Shown one piece after another: positions 38,472 through 49,177 of a stretch of 64,000 bases of DNA. A program made the position numbers and the translations under genes. The number at the start of each line of letters is the position of its first letter. Position 1 is the stretch's first letter. Below the pieces are notes generated by a model. The model ran no database searches, was not told the DNA's origin, and was given only the letters and a program-made list of their open reading frames with translations. Origin of the DNA: Methylobacter sp. Lineage in GTDB: Bacteria > Pseudomonadota > Gammaproteobacteria > Methylococcales > Methylomonadaceae. Location: assembly GCA_023229605.1 (NCBI GenBank), contig JALNYY010000005.1:485-64484 (forward strand). The letters are read 5' to 3'.

Positions 38472-39448
38472 TGTTGCACGACTGGCGACCGACATGCTCT
38501 ATAGAGCTGATGCGTTTAAGAGCGCGGATGCTTGCCGATATACGTCAGTTTTTTGCTGAAAGATCGGTGCTGGAAGTGGAGACGCCGCTGCTCAGTCACA
38601 GCATCGGCACAGATCCGCAGTTGGAGTTTTTTACCACCGAGTATTGTTTGCCGCCGCGTCGGCAAACACTGTTTTTGCAAACATCGCCTGAGTTTGCAAT
38701 GAAACGGCTGCTCGCGGCGGGCAGCGGTTCAATCTACCAGATAGGCAAGGCTTTCAGAAACGGCGAGTCGGGGCGTTTTCATAATCCCGAATTTACTATG
38801 CTGGAATGGTATCGGGTCGGTTTTACCTTGCCTCAGTTAATGGATGAAATCGCCGACCTGATCGGTGGGCTGTTTAGCGATCTGCCGTTACAGGAAACGC
38901 AACGGGTCAGTTATCAGGATGTTTTTGTCTCGCTTACCGGCTTAGATTCTCTGGTGTTTTCATATCGGGACTACTGCGCGTTTGCCGAAGATGCCGGGTT
39001 ATCCGAGGCGGTGGATATTTGCGGACACGACCATGCGGTATGGCTGGATTTTATCTTCACTCATAAAGTCCAGCCGCATTTAGGTAAAAACGCTTTGTGC
39101 ATGGTTTACGGTTATCCCGCTTGTCAATCGTCATTAGCCAGAATCAATGAACGGTGCGCGCAGATCACTGAGCGGGTTGAATTGTTTATCAATGGCGTTG
39201 AGCTGGGCAATGGCTATCATGAGCTGGCTGATGCAGCGGAACAGAACAGACGCTTTGACAAGGAGTTGGCTGTCAGGCAACAAAGAAAATTGCCTGTTAC
39301 GGTTAAAGACCAGCATCTTATTGCCGCTCTGGAATCGGGATTGCCGGAATGCTCAGGCATGGCCATAGGCCTGGATCGTTTATTGATGCTGTTGTCGGAT
39401 AGTGAGTCCATTGATGATGTGCTTAGTTTCTCTATTCACAGGGCTTAA
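38471..39448 (+). CDS. epmA: EF-P lysine aminoacylase
   Basis: LQTSPEFAMKRLL, FRNGE.GRFHNPEF, G.A.GLDRL. Confidence 0.95.
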   Translation: MLHDWRPTCSIELMRLRARMLADIRQFFAERSVLEVETPLLSHSIGTDPQLEFFTTEYCLPPRRQTLFLQTSPEFAMKRLLAAGSGSIYQIGKAFRNGESGRFHNPEFTMLEWYRVGFTLPQLMDEIADLIGGLFSDLPLQETQRVSYQDVFVSLTGLDSLVFSYRDYCAFAEDAGLSEAVDICGHDHAVWLDFIFTHKVQPHLGKNALCMVYGYPACQSSLARINERCAQITERVELFINGVELGNGYHELADAAEQNRRFDKELAVRQQRKLPVTVKDQHLIAALESGLPECSGMAIGLDRLLMLLSDSESIDDVLSFSIHRA

Positions 39449-39528
39449 GCTTTTTTAAATATTTACTGTGATATAATCCGGCAGTTTTCCAATATTAGAC
39501 AATAGCCGTTTCATTTTTAGACTTCTAC

Positions 39529-41922
39529 ATGAAATTAAATACTTTTTCTCGCTTGCTATTGCTGTTTCTACTCGTTTCCCAAGCGGTTAAAGGCGATGAA
39601 GAGTTTGTTGTAGAGGACATTCAGGTCAAAGGTCTGCAACGTATCTCTGTAGGCACCGTTTATAACTATCTCCCGGTTAATGTCGGGGAAAAGTTTTCAT
39701 TAGACAATGTCGGTCCTGCAATCAAGGCGCTATTCAAAACCGGGTTTTTTAAGGATATTTCTCTGGAAAGAGAAGGATCGACGCTGATTGTTAATGTGGT
39801 GGAACGGCCCTCTATCGCTAAAATAATTTTTGACGGCAATAAAGACTTAAGTAAGGATGACTTGACCAAGGCCCTAAAGAAGATTGGGCTGGCTGAAGGT
39901 AAGGTGTTTGATCAGCAGGTGCTGGATAAAGTTGAGCAGGAGTTAAGCCGCCAATATTTCAGTCACGGTAAATACGGCTTAAAGATTAAGACGGAGGTGT
40001 CCAATCTTACCCGCAACCGGGTTGGTATCCATATCAAGATTTCCGAGGGCAGGGTCGCCAAGATCAAGCAGATCAATATTGTCGGTAATACCGTGTTTGA
40101 TGACAAAACCCTGTTGCGCAACCTTGAATTGAACACCTCTAATTTGTTGTCGTTCTACACCAAGGACGACCAATATTCCAAACAAAAGTTGCAGGCGGAT
40201 TTGGAGACTTTGCGTTCCTATTACCTGGATCGCGGATATATTAACTTTAATATCGAGTCCACGCAGGTGGCGATTACCCCTGATAAAAAAGACATTTACG
40301 TCACCATCAACGTCAAGGAAGGCGACGTCTATACGCTGGAAAAAGTCAAACTGGCGGGTAATCTGGTGGTTGCGCCTCCGGAGCTTATTAAGCTGGTAAA
40401 GACGGGGCCGGGAGAGATTTTTTCCAGAAAAAACGCTACGGAAACTTCTAAAGCAATTTCCGAGCGCTTAGGGGATGACGGCTATGCTTTTGCTAACGTT
40501 AATATGGTCCCTGAAATCAACGAAGCCAAGAAAACAGTCGACATGACTTTTTTTGTCGATCCGGGTAAGCGTGTTTACGTCAGGCATATTAATATGAAAG
40601 GCAATAACAAAACCCGCGATGAAGTATTGCGCCGCGAAATGAGGCAAATGGAGTCCAGTTGGGCTTCGAGTTCAAAAATTGAACGGTCGAAAACGCGTCT
40701 CGAACGCTTGGGGTATTTCGAAGAGGTGAATGTTGAAACACCGCCGGTTGCAGGTACTGCCGACCAGATTGACGTCAATTATTCGGTAGTGGAAAAGCCC
40801 TCCGGCAATTTGTCGGCGGGCGTAGGATTTTCCCAGGTTCAAGGGATAGTGTTGAATGCCAATATTGCCCAGGACAACGTCTTCGGTTCGGGCAAACGGG
40901 TGAATGTCGCCTTTAACAACAGTACTTATATGACAAGCTATCAGTTTGGTTTTTTTAATCCTTACTTCACCGTCGACGGCGTAAGTCAGGGTTATAATTT
41001 AGGCTATACCAAACGAAATGCCGGTTCAGTGAATATCGCCAATTATTCAACCAATGTGATGAACGCGGGGATCAATTTCGGCATCCCGTTGAATGAATTC
41101 GACAGCTTACGTTTTGATATTGATGCAAAACATACTACTTTGAGCGCCACTACTTATTCATCCAATCAAATTTGCGATTTTATTTATGGCAATAATGGTA
41201 CAGATCTTTGCGCCAATAATTCAAACGGTAATGCTACTCCTGGAACAGTTGCCAATACTCGGCCAAAAGTTAAAGCTATGGGCGATTCGTTTTTGACATT
41301 GTCGCCATCAATAGGGTGGACTCACGATACGCTTAATCGGGCTATTTTCCCCAGTAAGGGCGGGCAGCAGCGTTTTTCCGCGTTGGCGACAGTCCCCGGC
41401 AGCGACCTGGAATATTATAAAGTCACTTATAAACATCAACTTTATCTTCCAGTGGCTAAAGACTTTACTTTCAGGCTACAGGCTGAAGCGGCTTACGGGA
41501 GTGGTTATGGAAAGACAGGTACCTTGCCTTTCTTTGAGAATTTTTTCGGCGGCGGTACGGGGTCTATACGCGGCTTTAAGAATAATACCGTGGGCCCGAG
41601 AGACTCCAATGGTTATCCGTTTGGCGGCTCCAGTAAAATTATCGGCAATGCCGAATTATTTTTTCCAGTGCCTTTCATGCCGGAGACAAAATCAATCAGG
41701 TTAGGCACCTTTATGGATGCCGGAGCAATTAATAACGGCTTTAAAGCGAACAATTTGAAGTATTCTGTCGGGGTTTCAGGTGAGTGGTTGTCGCCGTTCG
41801 GCGCCTTGTCAGTCAGTGCGGCATTACCGTTAAATGCTACTTCTACTGCAGTTGCAGCTGACGGCACTATTACAGGGGATCAAAAACAGATGTTTCAATT
41901 CAACTTCGGTCAAAATTTCTAG
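39529..41922 (+). CDS. bamA: Outer membrane protein assembly factor BamA
   Basis: POTRA repeats (GLQRIS, GN.KTRDEVLRRE), IRGF motif, C-terminal FQFNFGQNF. Confidence 0.97.
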   Translation: MKLNTFSRLLLLFLLVSQAVKGDEEFVVEDIQVKGLQRISVGTVYNYLPVNVGEKFSLDNVGPAIKALFKTGFFKDISLEREGSTLIVNVVERPSIAKIIFDGNKDLSKDDLTKALKKIGLAEGKVFDQQVLDKVEQELSRQYFSHGKYGLKIKTEVSNLTRNRVGIHIKISEGRVAKIKQINIVGNTVFDDKTLLRNLELNTSNLLSFYTKDDQYSKQKLQADLETLRSYYLDRGYINFNIESTQVAITPDKKDIYVTINVKEGDVYTLEKVKLAGNLVVAPPELIKLVKTGPGEIFSRKNATETSKAISERLGDDGYAFANVNMVPEINEAKKTVDMTFFVDPGKRVYVRHINMKGNNKTRDEVLRREMRQMESSWASSSKIERSKTRLERLGYFEEVNVETPPVAGTADQIDVNYSVVEKPSGNLSAGVGFSQVQGIVLNANIAQDNVFGSGKRVNVAFNNSTYMTSYQFGFFNPYFTVDGVSQGYNLGYTKRNAGSVNIANYSTNVMNAGINFGIPLNEFDSLRFDIDAKHTTLSATTYSSNQICDFIYGNNGTDLCANNSNGNATPGTVANTRPKVKAMGDSFLTLSPSIGWTHDTLNRAIFPSKGGQQRFSALATVPGSDLEYYKVTYKHQLYLPVAKDFTFRLQAEAAYGSGYGKTGTLPFFENFFGGGTGSIRGFKNNTVGPRDSNGYPFGGSSKIIGNAELFFPVPFMPETKSIRLGTFMDAGAINNGFKANNLKYSVGVSGEWLSPFGALSVSAALPLNATSTAVAADGTITGDQKQMFQFNFGQNF

Positions 41923-42023
41923 TAGAAGTTGTTTTTGTTTAACAGGCTTATCCCCTATAATTTAACAAAATTGCCGTATTTTTAATCATAATTTATTTTA
42001 ATTACACAGAGATCTGTTTAACA

Positions 42024-42524
42024 ATGAAAACGAAAATTGCTTTATTTTTAGGATTGTTGCTTGCTGCAAATGCGAGCTATGCTGATTTAAAAATTGGCTT
42101 TGTCAATATACCAGCCGTTCTTGAGAAAGCCCCCCAGGCGGAAAAAGCAAAAAAACGCCTGGAACAGGAATTTTCACCTAGAGACAAGCAGTTAGTTGCC
42201 CAGCAAAAAGAAATTCAAAGCATGGATGAAAGAATGGCCAAAGATGCTGCCGTGATGGGTGAGCCGGCACGAGCCAATCTGGAAAAAGATATTTTAAATA
42301 AGAAACGGGATGCTAAAAGAGCCCAGCAGGAGTTTAGCGAAGATTTTAATGCGCGCCGCAATGAAGAATTGGGCAAATTGCAACGGCGCATCGTTGAGGC
42401 TATTCGGGAAATAGCTAAAGATCAAAAATTTGATTTATTACTCACCGACGGCGTTATTTACGCCAGTGAAAAAATTGACGTGACCAGCCAAGTTCAGCAA
42501 AAGTTGTCAACAATGCCGGAATAA
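42024..42524 (+). CDS. skp: Skp/OmpH periplasmic chaperone
   Basis: Signal peptide, KIGFVN, coiled coil, position after bamA. Confidence 0.93.
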   Translation: MKTKIALFLGLLLAANASYADLKIGFVNIPAVLEKAPQAEKAKKRLEQEFSPRDKQLVAQQKEIQSMDERMAKDAAVMGEPARANLEKDILNKKRDAKRAQQEFSEDFNARRNEELGKLQRRIVEAIREIAKDQKFDLLLTDGVIYASEKIDVTSQVQQKLSTMPE

Positions 42525-42583
42525 TTACATACGGTTTTTTATTTAATCGCATAGTCATCAACTTTTTAAGAAAATTCTCAGAC

Positions 42584-43027
42584 ATGTCCATTAAGCTAGA
42601 TATTTTACAAATACAAGAATTCTTGCCGCATCGTTATCCTTTTTTATTGGTTGATAAGGTTATTGAATGTGAACCCGGCGTTAGACTGCTGGGAGTGAAA
42701 AACGTTACTTATAACGAACCGTTTTTTCAAGGACATTTTCCGCAAAAACCCATCATGCCGGGCGTACTGATTTTGGAGGCCTTGGCTCAATCAACGGGAT
42801 TATTGGCGTCGGAAACAGCTGGGGATGAGCTGGCCGGGATGATTTATTACCTGGTCGGTATCGATAAGGCCAAGTTTAAGAGACCTGTTGTGCCCGGCGA
42901 CCAGTTGATGCTGGAAGCAAAATTCCTTAAAAGCAAGCGTAATATCTGGGCATTCGAATGTTGTGCGGAAGTTGATGGCGAGTTCGTCGCGAGTGCCGAA
43001 ATTCGCTGTGCAGCGGTGGTAAATTAA
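42584..43027 (+). CDS. fabZ: 3-hydroxyacyl-ACP dehydratase
   Basis: [29 protein letters not shown]. Confidence 0.97.
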   Translation: MSIKLDILQIQEFLPHRYPFLLVDKVIECEPGVRLLGVKNVTYNEPFFQGHFPQKPIMPGVLILEALAQSTGLLASETAGDELAGMIYYLVGIDKAKFKRPVVPGDQLMLEAKFLKSKRNIWAFECCAEVDGEFVASAEIRCAAVVN

Positions 43028-43029
43028 TT

Positions 43030-43800
43030 TTGATTGATCCAACAGCGATAGTTGATAGTAAGGCTGAGCTGGCTGATGACGTGTCGGTCGGCCCTTTTTC
43101 CGTCATTGGGCCTGATGTAAAGATCGGTGCGGGAACCATCGTAGGTTCCCACGTTGTCATAAAGGGGCCTACCTCCATAGGCCAACACAATCGCATTTAT
43201 CAATTTACTTCCATCGGCGAAGATCCTCAAGATAAAAAATATGCGGCTGAGATAACCCGTCTGGAAATCGGCGATAGGAATACGATACGCGAGTATACCT
43301 CCATGCACAGGGGCACCAAGCAGGATCGCAGTCTTACCAAGATAGGCAATGACAACCTGTTTATGGCATACACCCACGTGGCGCACGATTGCATCATCGG
43401 CAATCACGTCATCATGGCCAATGGAGCTTCATTAGCCGGGCATGTGCATTTGCACAGCCACGCTATTCTGGGAGGATTTACCCTGGTGCATCAGTTTACC
43501 CAAATAGGGCAGTACAGCTTTGCCGCGATGGGCAGCGCGATCACCCAGGACATTCCCCCTTTTGTCATGGTCGGCGGCAAGCCTACCAGGCCGCACGGCA
43601 TCAATTCGGTCGGCATGGAGCGCAACGGCATATCTCCTGAAGACATCAGGTTAATCCGGAAAGCCTACAAAATAATTTACAAGACCAATCTGCGCCTGGA
43701 AGACGCTATTGATCAAATGGAAGATCTGGCCGGTGAAAGTAAAGAATTGTCCGATATGGTCAGTTTTTTACGCAACGTGAATCGGGGTATATTGCGTTAA
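43030..43800 (+). CDS. lpxA: UDP-GlcNAc acyltransferase
   Basis: Hexapeptide repeats, PQDKKY, HVAHDC, HQF. Confidence 0.96.
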   Translation: MIDPTAIVDSKAELADDVSVGPFSVIGPDVKIGAGTIVGSHVVIKGPTSIGQHNRIYQFTSIGEDPQDKKYAAEITRLEIGDRNTIREYTSMHRGTKQDRSLTKIGNDNLFMAYTHVAHDCIIGNHVIMANGASLAGHVHLHSHAILGGFTLVHQFTQIGQYSFAAMGSAITQDIPPFVMVGGKPTRPHGINSVGMERNGISPEDIRLIRKAYKIIYKTNLRLEDAIDQMEDLAGESKELSDMVSFLRNVNRGILR

Positions 43801-43822
43801 GCGCCTCTTCGGTGCAGCCATT

Positions 43823-44422
43823 ATGGACGATGGATTTTCAACAAAAATCATTGTTGCCGGCGTTGACGAGGCAGGCCGCGGACCGCTTGCAGGCCCTGTC
43901 TTTGCAGCGGCGGTCATTCTCGATCCGATGCGGCCGATAAGCGGATTGGCCGACTCCAAAATCCTTAGCGAAAGCAAACGGGATAGTCTTTACATCCTCA
44001 TCAAGGAAGCCGCTTTAAGCTGGTCGATTGCCCAGGCCAGTGTTGAAGAGATTGACGAACTCAATATCCTTCAGGCCACGCTGCTGGCAATGAAAAGGGC
44101 GGTAAACGGCTTGCATATCCGGCCTGATGAAGTCTTAGTCGATGGCAACCGCCTCCCCGATTTGTCGATGCCAGCCCAGGCTATCGTTAAAGGCGACAGC
44201 AAAGTGCAGGCGATCAGCGCGGCGTCAATATTGGCGAAAGTCGAGCGCGATAAGCTGATGGTCGGCTATCATCAACAATATCCCGATTTTGCGTTTCATC
44301 TGCATAAGGGCTACGGCACCAAACAGCATCTGGCCGAAATCGAACAGCGCGGTATCTTGGCTGTGCATAGAAGAACCTTTAACCCGGTAAAAACCATGCT
44401 GTTGCGGCAGGGTAAGCCTTAA
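43823..44422 (+). CDS. rnhB: Ribonuclease HII
   Basis: [33 protein letters not shown]. Confidence 0.96.
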   Translation: MDDGFSTKIIVAGVDEAGRGPLAGPVFAAAVILDPMRPISGLADSKILSESKRDSLYILIKEAALSWSIAQASVEEIDELNILQATLLAMKRAVNGLHIRPDEVLVDGNRLPDLSMPAQAIVKGDSKVQAISAASILAKVERDKLMVGYHQQYPDFAFHLHKGYGTKQHLAEIEQRGILAVHRRTFNPVKTMLLRQGKP

Positions 44423-45408
44423 TTTAACTCAAGCGGCCCTTCATCCATTAATGCGATCTGTTCGCGCAGCTCGATGATCCTGTCCTGCCAATAGCGAGGC
44501 GTATCAAACCACGGGAACGCCATAGGAAACGCGGGATCATCCCAGCGCCGTGCAATCCAGGCGGAATAATGAATCAGGCGCAAGGTGCGCAGGGCCTCTA
44601 TCAGATGCAGCTCCCTGGTATCGAAATCGTAAAACATCCGGTAGCCGGCCAGAAGATGGTTTAATTGTATCGCCATTTCGGCACGATCCCCGGACAGCAA
44701 CATCCACAAATCCTGTATCGCAGGTCCCATCCGGCTGTCATCGAAATCGACAAAATGAGGACCGTCATCGGTCCATAAAATATTGCCCGGATAACAGTCG
44801 CCGTGCAGGCGCAAGCTTTTTACCTTACCGGCGCGTTCGAAGCAACGTCTCACGCCGTCCAGGGCATGTTCAGTCACACTGCGGTAAGCCTCGGTAAGAT
44901 CGGCAGGAATGAAATTATTCGCCAGCAGATAAGCTCTCGGTTCATCGCCGAAACCGGCAATATCAAGCGTCGGTCGTTCCTTAAAAGGTTTTAAAGCGCC
45001 GACGGCATGGATGCGGCCGATAAACCGCCCCATCCATTCCAGTTTTTCGCGGCCCTCAAGTTCAGGCACGCGGCCGCCTTGTCTTGGGAACACCGAAAAG
45101 CGGAAACCATCGGCATGGATTAAGGTCTGATTATCGCCGAACGGCATGGCCGGTACGACAGGGATTTCAGAGTCGAACAATTCCTGAACGAAAGCATGTT
45201 CTTCAAGAATAGCCGCAGATGTCCAGCGTTCGGGTCGGTAGAACTTGGTTACAATAAAGGCTGCGTCAGCCATGCCGACTTGGTAGACGCGGTTTTCATA
45301 ACTGTTGAGCGCCAGCAGCCGGCCATCGCTATGCAGGCCGATACTGTCGAGCGCGTTCAAAATAATATCGGGAGTCAGCGCTGAAAAAGGGGTGAGATTA
45401 GTGTTCAT
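44419..45408 (-). CDS. srkA: Stress response kinase A (RdoA/YihE)
   Basis: [36 protein letters not shown]. Confidence 0.93.
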   Translation of the reverse strand: MNTNLTPFSALTPDIILNALDSIGLHSDGRLLALNSYENRVYQVGMADAAFIVTKFYRPERWTSAAILEEHAFVQELFDSEIPVVPAMPFGDNQTLIHADGFRFSVFPRQGGRVPELEGREKLEWMGRFIGRIHAVGALKPFKERPTLDIAGFGDEPRAYLLANNFIPADLTEAYRSVTEHALDGVRRCFERAGKVKSLRLHGDCYPGNILWTDDGPHFVDFDDSRMGPAIQDLWMLLSGDRAEMAIQLNHLLAGYRMFYDFDTRELHLIEALRTLRLIHYSAWIARRWDDPAFPMAFPWFDTPRYWQDRIIELREQIALMDEGPLELN

Positions 45409-45594
45409 ACTTAATTATTGTAACGCCGAATGCAGATTCGGCTAAATTATCTGGTTATCCGGTTAATGAGATTTCCTTATTTTCTGGTATAACACTCATG
45501 TTTTGCTTTCTATTGGGCGGCTTATTCATGCTGCTGGTCAAGAGCTAAATGCTAAAATTTTAAAACGTATTCTGAATTAAAGGAGTGGGGGTAT

Positions 45595-46101
45595 ATGAAA
45601 AAATCGCAAAATCTTAAGTTAGGGCTATTCCTGTCTGTTGCTTGTTTACTTTTATCCGCAACAGTATTCGCGGAAACTAAGGCTGCAGAAGGCGCAGCAA
45701 AACCGGTTCATGGTGAATATATAGACTGGCGCTTGTTGTCTGTTTCGCATAGGGAAGATAAAAAAACACTGCGGGCTATTTTGGGTAACGACACGGCTAT
45801 AGCAGCAGCACGAAAAGAACAGACCAAGCCTTGGCCGGACGGTTCGATTTTAGCTAAAGTCGTGTGGAAGGAAAGCACTCATCCTAATTGGCCGCAAGCG
45901 ATTGTTCCCGGCGAGTTTGCTTCTGCCGAAGCGATGATTAAAGACAGTAAAAAATACGCCAGCACCGGTGGATGGGGATTCGGCCATTGGGAAGGCGGAA
46001 AGCTGGAAATGCATGATGAGACAAAAGCCAAAGAATGTTTCGCCTGTCATATGCCAATGAAGGACAACGATTATGTTTATACCTTTAGCGCGCTAAAATA
46101 A
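45595..46101 (+). CDS. Cytochrome P460-family periplasmic c-type cytochrome
   Basis: Signal peptide; Y.DW; PWPDGSILAK; MIKD...TGGWGF; C-terminal CFACH then DYVY. Confidence 0.85.
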   Translation: MKKSQNLKLGLFLSVACLLLSATVFAETKAAEGAAKPVHGEYIDWRLLSVSHREDKKTLRAILGNDTAIAAARKEQTKPWPDGSILAKVVWKESTHPNWPQAIVPGEFASAEAMIKDSKKYASTGGWGFGHWEGGKLEMHDETKAKECFACHMPMKDNDYVYTFSALK

Positions 46102-46121
46102 ATATAACCGCCTTAATGGAT

Positions 46122-46155
46122 GCTAATAGATCAGCTGTTGTGCTGATCTATTAGC
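46122..46155. terminator. 14-bp hairpin after the cytochrome gene
   Basis: GCTAATAGATCAGC / GCTGATCTATTAGC. Confidence 0.7.
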
Positions 46156-46316
46156 GATGAAGGCAATCACTGGCTAAAGTGTGCGACTTCTCCTTCCTGC
46201 ATGGCACTGCCGCCCAGCTGTTCATTAATCTGCCGCGCTACATCGACGCCCAAACTTTTAGGCACTTCCGTCACCACCCTGCCGCGGCTGGGTACGACGC
46301 GGCTTCCGCCGGTAAC

Positions 46317-46391
46317 TTCAAAATAATATCGGGAGTCAGCGCTGAAAAAGGAGTGAGATTAGTATTCATGGTTACCATTGTAACGCTGAAT
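46317..46391 (-). repeat. Direct-repeat copy of the srkA 5' end and upstream region
   Basis: 46317-46369 matches 45356-45408 at 51/53 nt; weaker similarity continues to ATTGTAACGC.GAAT. Confidence 0.85.
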
Positions 46392-46822
46392 TCAATCGAG
46401 TCAGGTTTAATTAATCACTGATGTTGCGTAAGCCTCATAAGGACGCCACAATCTTCTTAACTACAATTTTCGGTCATTGTTTTTTATTATTTATTTACAT
46501 GGGGGGGCAATAAAACGGGATGCTGCTTTACACGCGCGTAAGCTTAAGCTTGCATACATAGATAACTTTTTACTTCATAATAAAACTACCTGCTAAATTG
46601 CCATCGCAAAGCTAATGCTATGACTCCAGCCAAGAAGAGCAGGTAATCCATAAAGTGACAGGCGTTCTACTCATGTTTGATTTGGCGCGTAAATTAAGTA
46701 TTCAGCAACAAGTCAGCATGTAGTTCTGTTGTCACATTTTTTTGTAGCATAAAGTTCCAGACAAATAAAACATGGCAATTTTTTGCTAAAAACTTAATGA
46801 AGTTACAACTCATAGAGAGTAA

Positions 46823-47806
46823 TTGAAAATATTATCCCCTACACAAATTCAGAGGAAACCAATCGTGTTGGTACATCGAAGTAAAATATTAGAGAGAAGG
46901 GACTCAAAAATTGGATTAGCGATAGCGGTCGTTTTGACGATTGTTATTGCTGGATGTCACCCTACAGCAGTACAGAATCCTAGCTACAATAGCTATACTC
47001 CTCCGCAATCCAGCACCGTAAGTCCTCTTGATCTCAAGGCGTTGCCGGAAACCATCAGCTTTGAGCATTCTGATCGCGTCAATCGTCTCGCACGTTTATC
47101 TCGGCAGTTTAGCGCGCAACCGCCGGAAATACAGGAATCTCAGGTCGCCGTTGGCAAAGTGCCGGGCGCTAACTACCCGGTACCGGTAATTCGCTTCCAT
47201 TACGATGAACGCACGTTCTTCGACTCCGGCAGCGCCGTAGTTCTCCCCGAGTCCGATAAAATTCTCGACGTGCTGGCGGAACAGATGAAGCGGGATTTGC
47301 CTGATACCAGTTTGGTTATCCTCGGACACACAGATAGCGTTGGTTCCGATGAATATAACAACAACCTCTCAGTTAATCGTGCTGTCGCTGTGATGCGCAA
47401 ACTGGCACAACGCGGTGTTAATCTCGAACAAATGTCTACGGTCGGCATCGGCGAAACTCAACCTATCGCTACCAATGCCACGGAATCAGGAAGAGCGCTC
47501 AATCGTCGTGTCGAGTTCATGCTTTCCCGTTTCGAAGAAGCGAACTACGTTTCCATCGAACAATTTCCCCGTAATACAGAGTGGTTGAATAACCATCAGG
47601 AAAAGGCGGCCGATATACCCCAAGTGCAAGTTAAATCCAAGCAGGTAGCTCATCACGATACCGGCGCCAAGAAACTTGTCGTTCTCAAACCGACTCAGGA
47701 CATGCTTGTTAAGTCACGTCCTGAGTCAGCAACCCCGCTCAAAGAATCCAACCGAGTTGTAACGATTATCCCGGCGGAGACTGTCCATATCCTGCCATCT
47801 TCCTGA
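46823..47806 (+). CDS. OmpA/MotB C-like domain lipoprotein
   Basis: Lipobox IAGC after a hydrophobic stretch; FFDSGS, GHTDSVGSDEYN..LS..RA, GRALNRRVEF. True start may be a GTG/TTG slightly downstream. Confidence 0.87.
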   Translation: MKILSPTQIQRKPIVLVHRSKILERRDSKIGLAIAVVLTIVIAGCHPTAVQNPSYNSYTPPQSSTVSPLDLKALPETISFEHSDRVNRLARLSRQFSAQPPEIQESQVAVGKVPGANYPVPVIRFHYDERTFFDSGSAVVLPESDKILDVLAEQMKRDLPDTSLVILGHTDSVGSDEYNNNLSVNRAVAVMRKLAQRGVNLEQMSTVGIGETQPIATNATESGRALNRRVEFMLSRFEEANYVSIEQFPRNTEWLNNHQEKAADIPQVQVKSKQVAHHDTGAKKLVVLKPTQDMLVKSRPESATPLKESNRVVTIIPAETVHILPSS

Positions 47807-47849
47807 TTAACATTTCCATTAATAAAAACATATAAGGAGTTATTAAAAT

Positions 47850-49175
47850 ATGGCCGAGAACAAACCCACGCAATGTATCCCCGAGCCAGTGCAACAAGCC
47901 TTCGATGCCGTGATGGCATTCCAATGGCCCAGCACCGATCAGCCGTTTCACGAACGTATTAACAACAATGCAGAGCAAGAATCGCGGAGCACCTCGTCGT
48001 TGCGATTAGATGAATATGGACTGACCAGCGGGATGCTGCCTGCTTGCATCGACCAGGTGTCTGAGTTACGCGATCATTTTCTAAAGTTATATGGGACATT
48101 TAATACGGCGATACATTCCTCGTTAGATAAAATTGAGTCCTTGCAAGGTATTGACGGTGAAATTGTCGAGAAACAGAAGGAGTACGAACAGATCCAGGCC
48201 AGCGCCGAAAAAAAACACGAGGCGGACAGTAAATATGAGGACGCGAAAAAGAAAGTAACCGATTTGGAAGTAGGATACAAAGCGATGTATCGTGACGAAG
48301 GCCAACGGGAAGCTAAAGATTTTTCTTTGATTGCTTATGGCGCTTTGCTATTTGGTGTCGGCGCGGCTGAATGGATGGTCAATTATGAAACGTTTCTAAA
48401 TTTTAGCGAAGTTCCCTTGATGGCTGCCGGTGCCACAATCCTCGTTGCGGCTGCCGTAGCTTTCGCGGCGCATTTTCACGGTACTATGCTTAAAGGGCAT
48501 CAACATTTTTTTGGGGATCATGTGGAGACCCCCAAAAAGAACAGTCATATTCGCTGGTTCGTTATTGTTAGTATCATTTTAGCGGTTGCTTTCGGTGGTG
48601 TAGGTGGGGCTCGTTACTTATTAGTTGCCAGCCAAGTGAGTCAATTAGGAGGTGGTGCAGGTGGATTACTCGGCGGCGATGTCATAACCATTAATGTTGG
48701 TCAAGTTGTCACTGTTTCTATGGTGATTAATATTTTCGTCTGGTTTGTCGGCGCTGCCATTGCCTATGCTGTGCATGATGAAAACCCGGCTTTCACGGAT
48801 AAATTGCGAGAATACAAAAAAGCTAAGAAAATATTCGAGCCGATGAGAAAAGTGGTCGATATGGAAATTTTTCAGCTTCGGTCAAAGCTCGAGAAGGAAA
48901 TCAAGGAATTGAAAAACACTGCTCGCGCATACGGACAGGAAACTAAACCGCTTGCCGACCTTTTGGTGACAGTCACTGAGAAAAGCAACCAAATTTCAAC
49001 GGAAGCAGATCGCCTCGCTAACCGTTTGATTCGCAGCTATCGCTCAGCTTTAACTGATCAGGCTGTAGTTGGCAACCCAGAGTTGAAATTTAACAAGAGC
49101 GGCCAGTTGATTGACCTTGACGCTTACCGGCAACTTGCCATTTGTTTTAGTTTTCAAAATCAATTAGGAGAATAG
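47850..49175 (+). CDS. 4-TM membrane protein with N- and C-terminal coiled coils, unknown function
   Basis: AAGGAG RBS; four hydrophobic segments flanked by long heptad-rich helices. Confidence 0.85.
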   Translation: MAENKPTQCIPEPVQQAFDAVMAFQWPSTDQPFHERINNNAEQESRSTSSLRLDEYGLTSGMLPACIDQVSELRDHFLKLYGTFNTAIHSSLDKIESLQGIDGEIVEKQKEYEQIQASAEKKHEADSKYEDAKKKVTDLEVGYKAMYRDEGQREAKDFSLIAYGALLFGVGAAEWMVNYETFLNFSEVPLMAAGATILVAAAVAFAAHFHGTMLKGHQHFFGDHVETPKKNSHIRWFVIVSIILAVAFGGVGGARYLLVASQVSQLGGGAGGLLGGDVITINVGQVVTVSMVINIFVWFVGAAIAYAVHDENPAFTDKLREYKKAKKIFEPMRKVVDMEIFQLRSKLEKEIKELKNTARAYGQETKPLADLLVTVTEKSNQISTEADRLANRLIRSYRSALTDQAVVGNPELKFNKSGQLIDLDAYRQLAICFSFQNQLGE

Positions 49176-49177
49176 GC

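Noticed and set aside
46823-49175. Zorya ZorAB or MotAB call for the OmpA and 4-TM genes
   Set aside because: The OmpA protein has a lipobox rather than a MotB-type TM with the conserved Asp, the gene order is reversed, and there are no ZorC/D/E-like genes.
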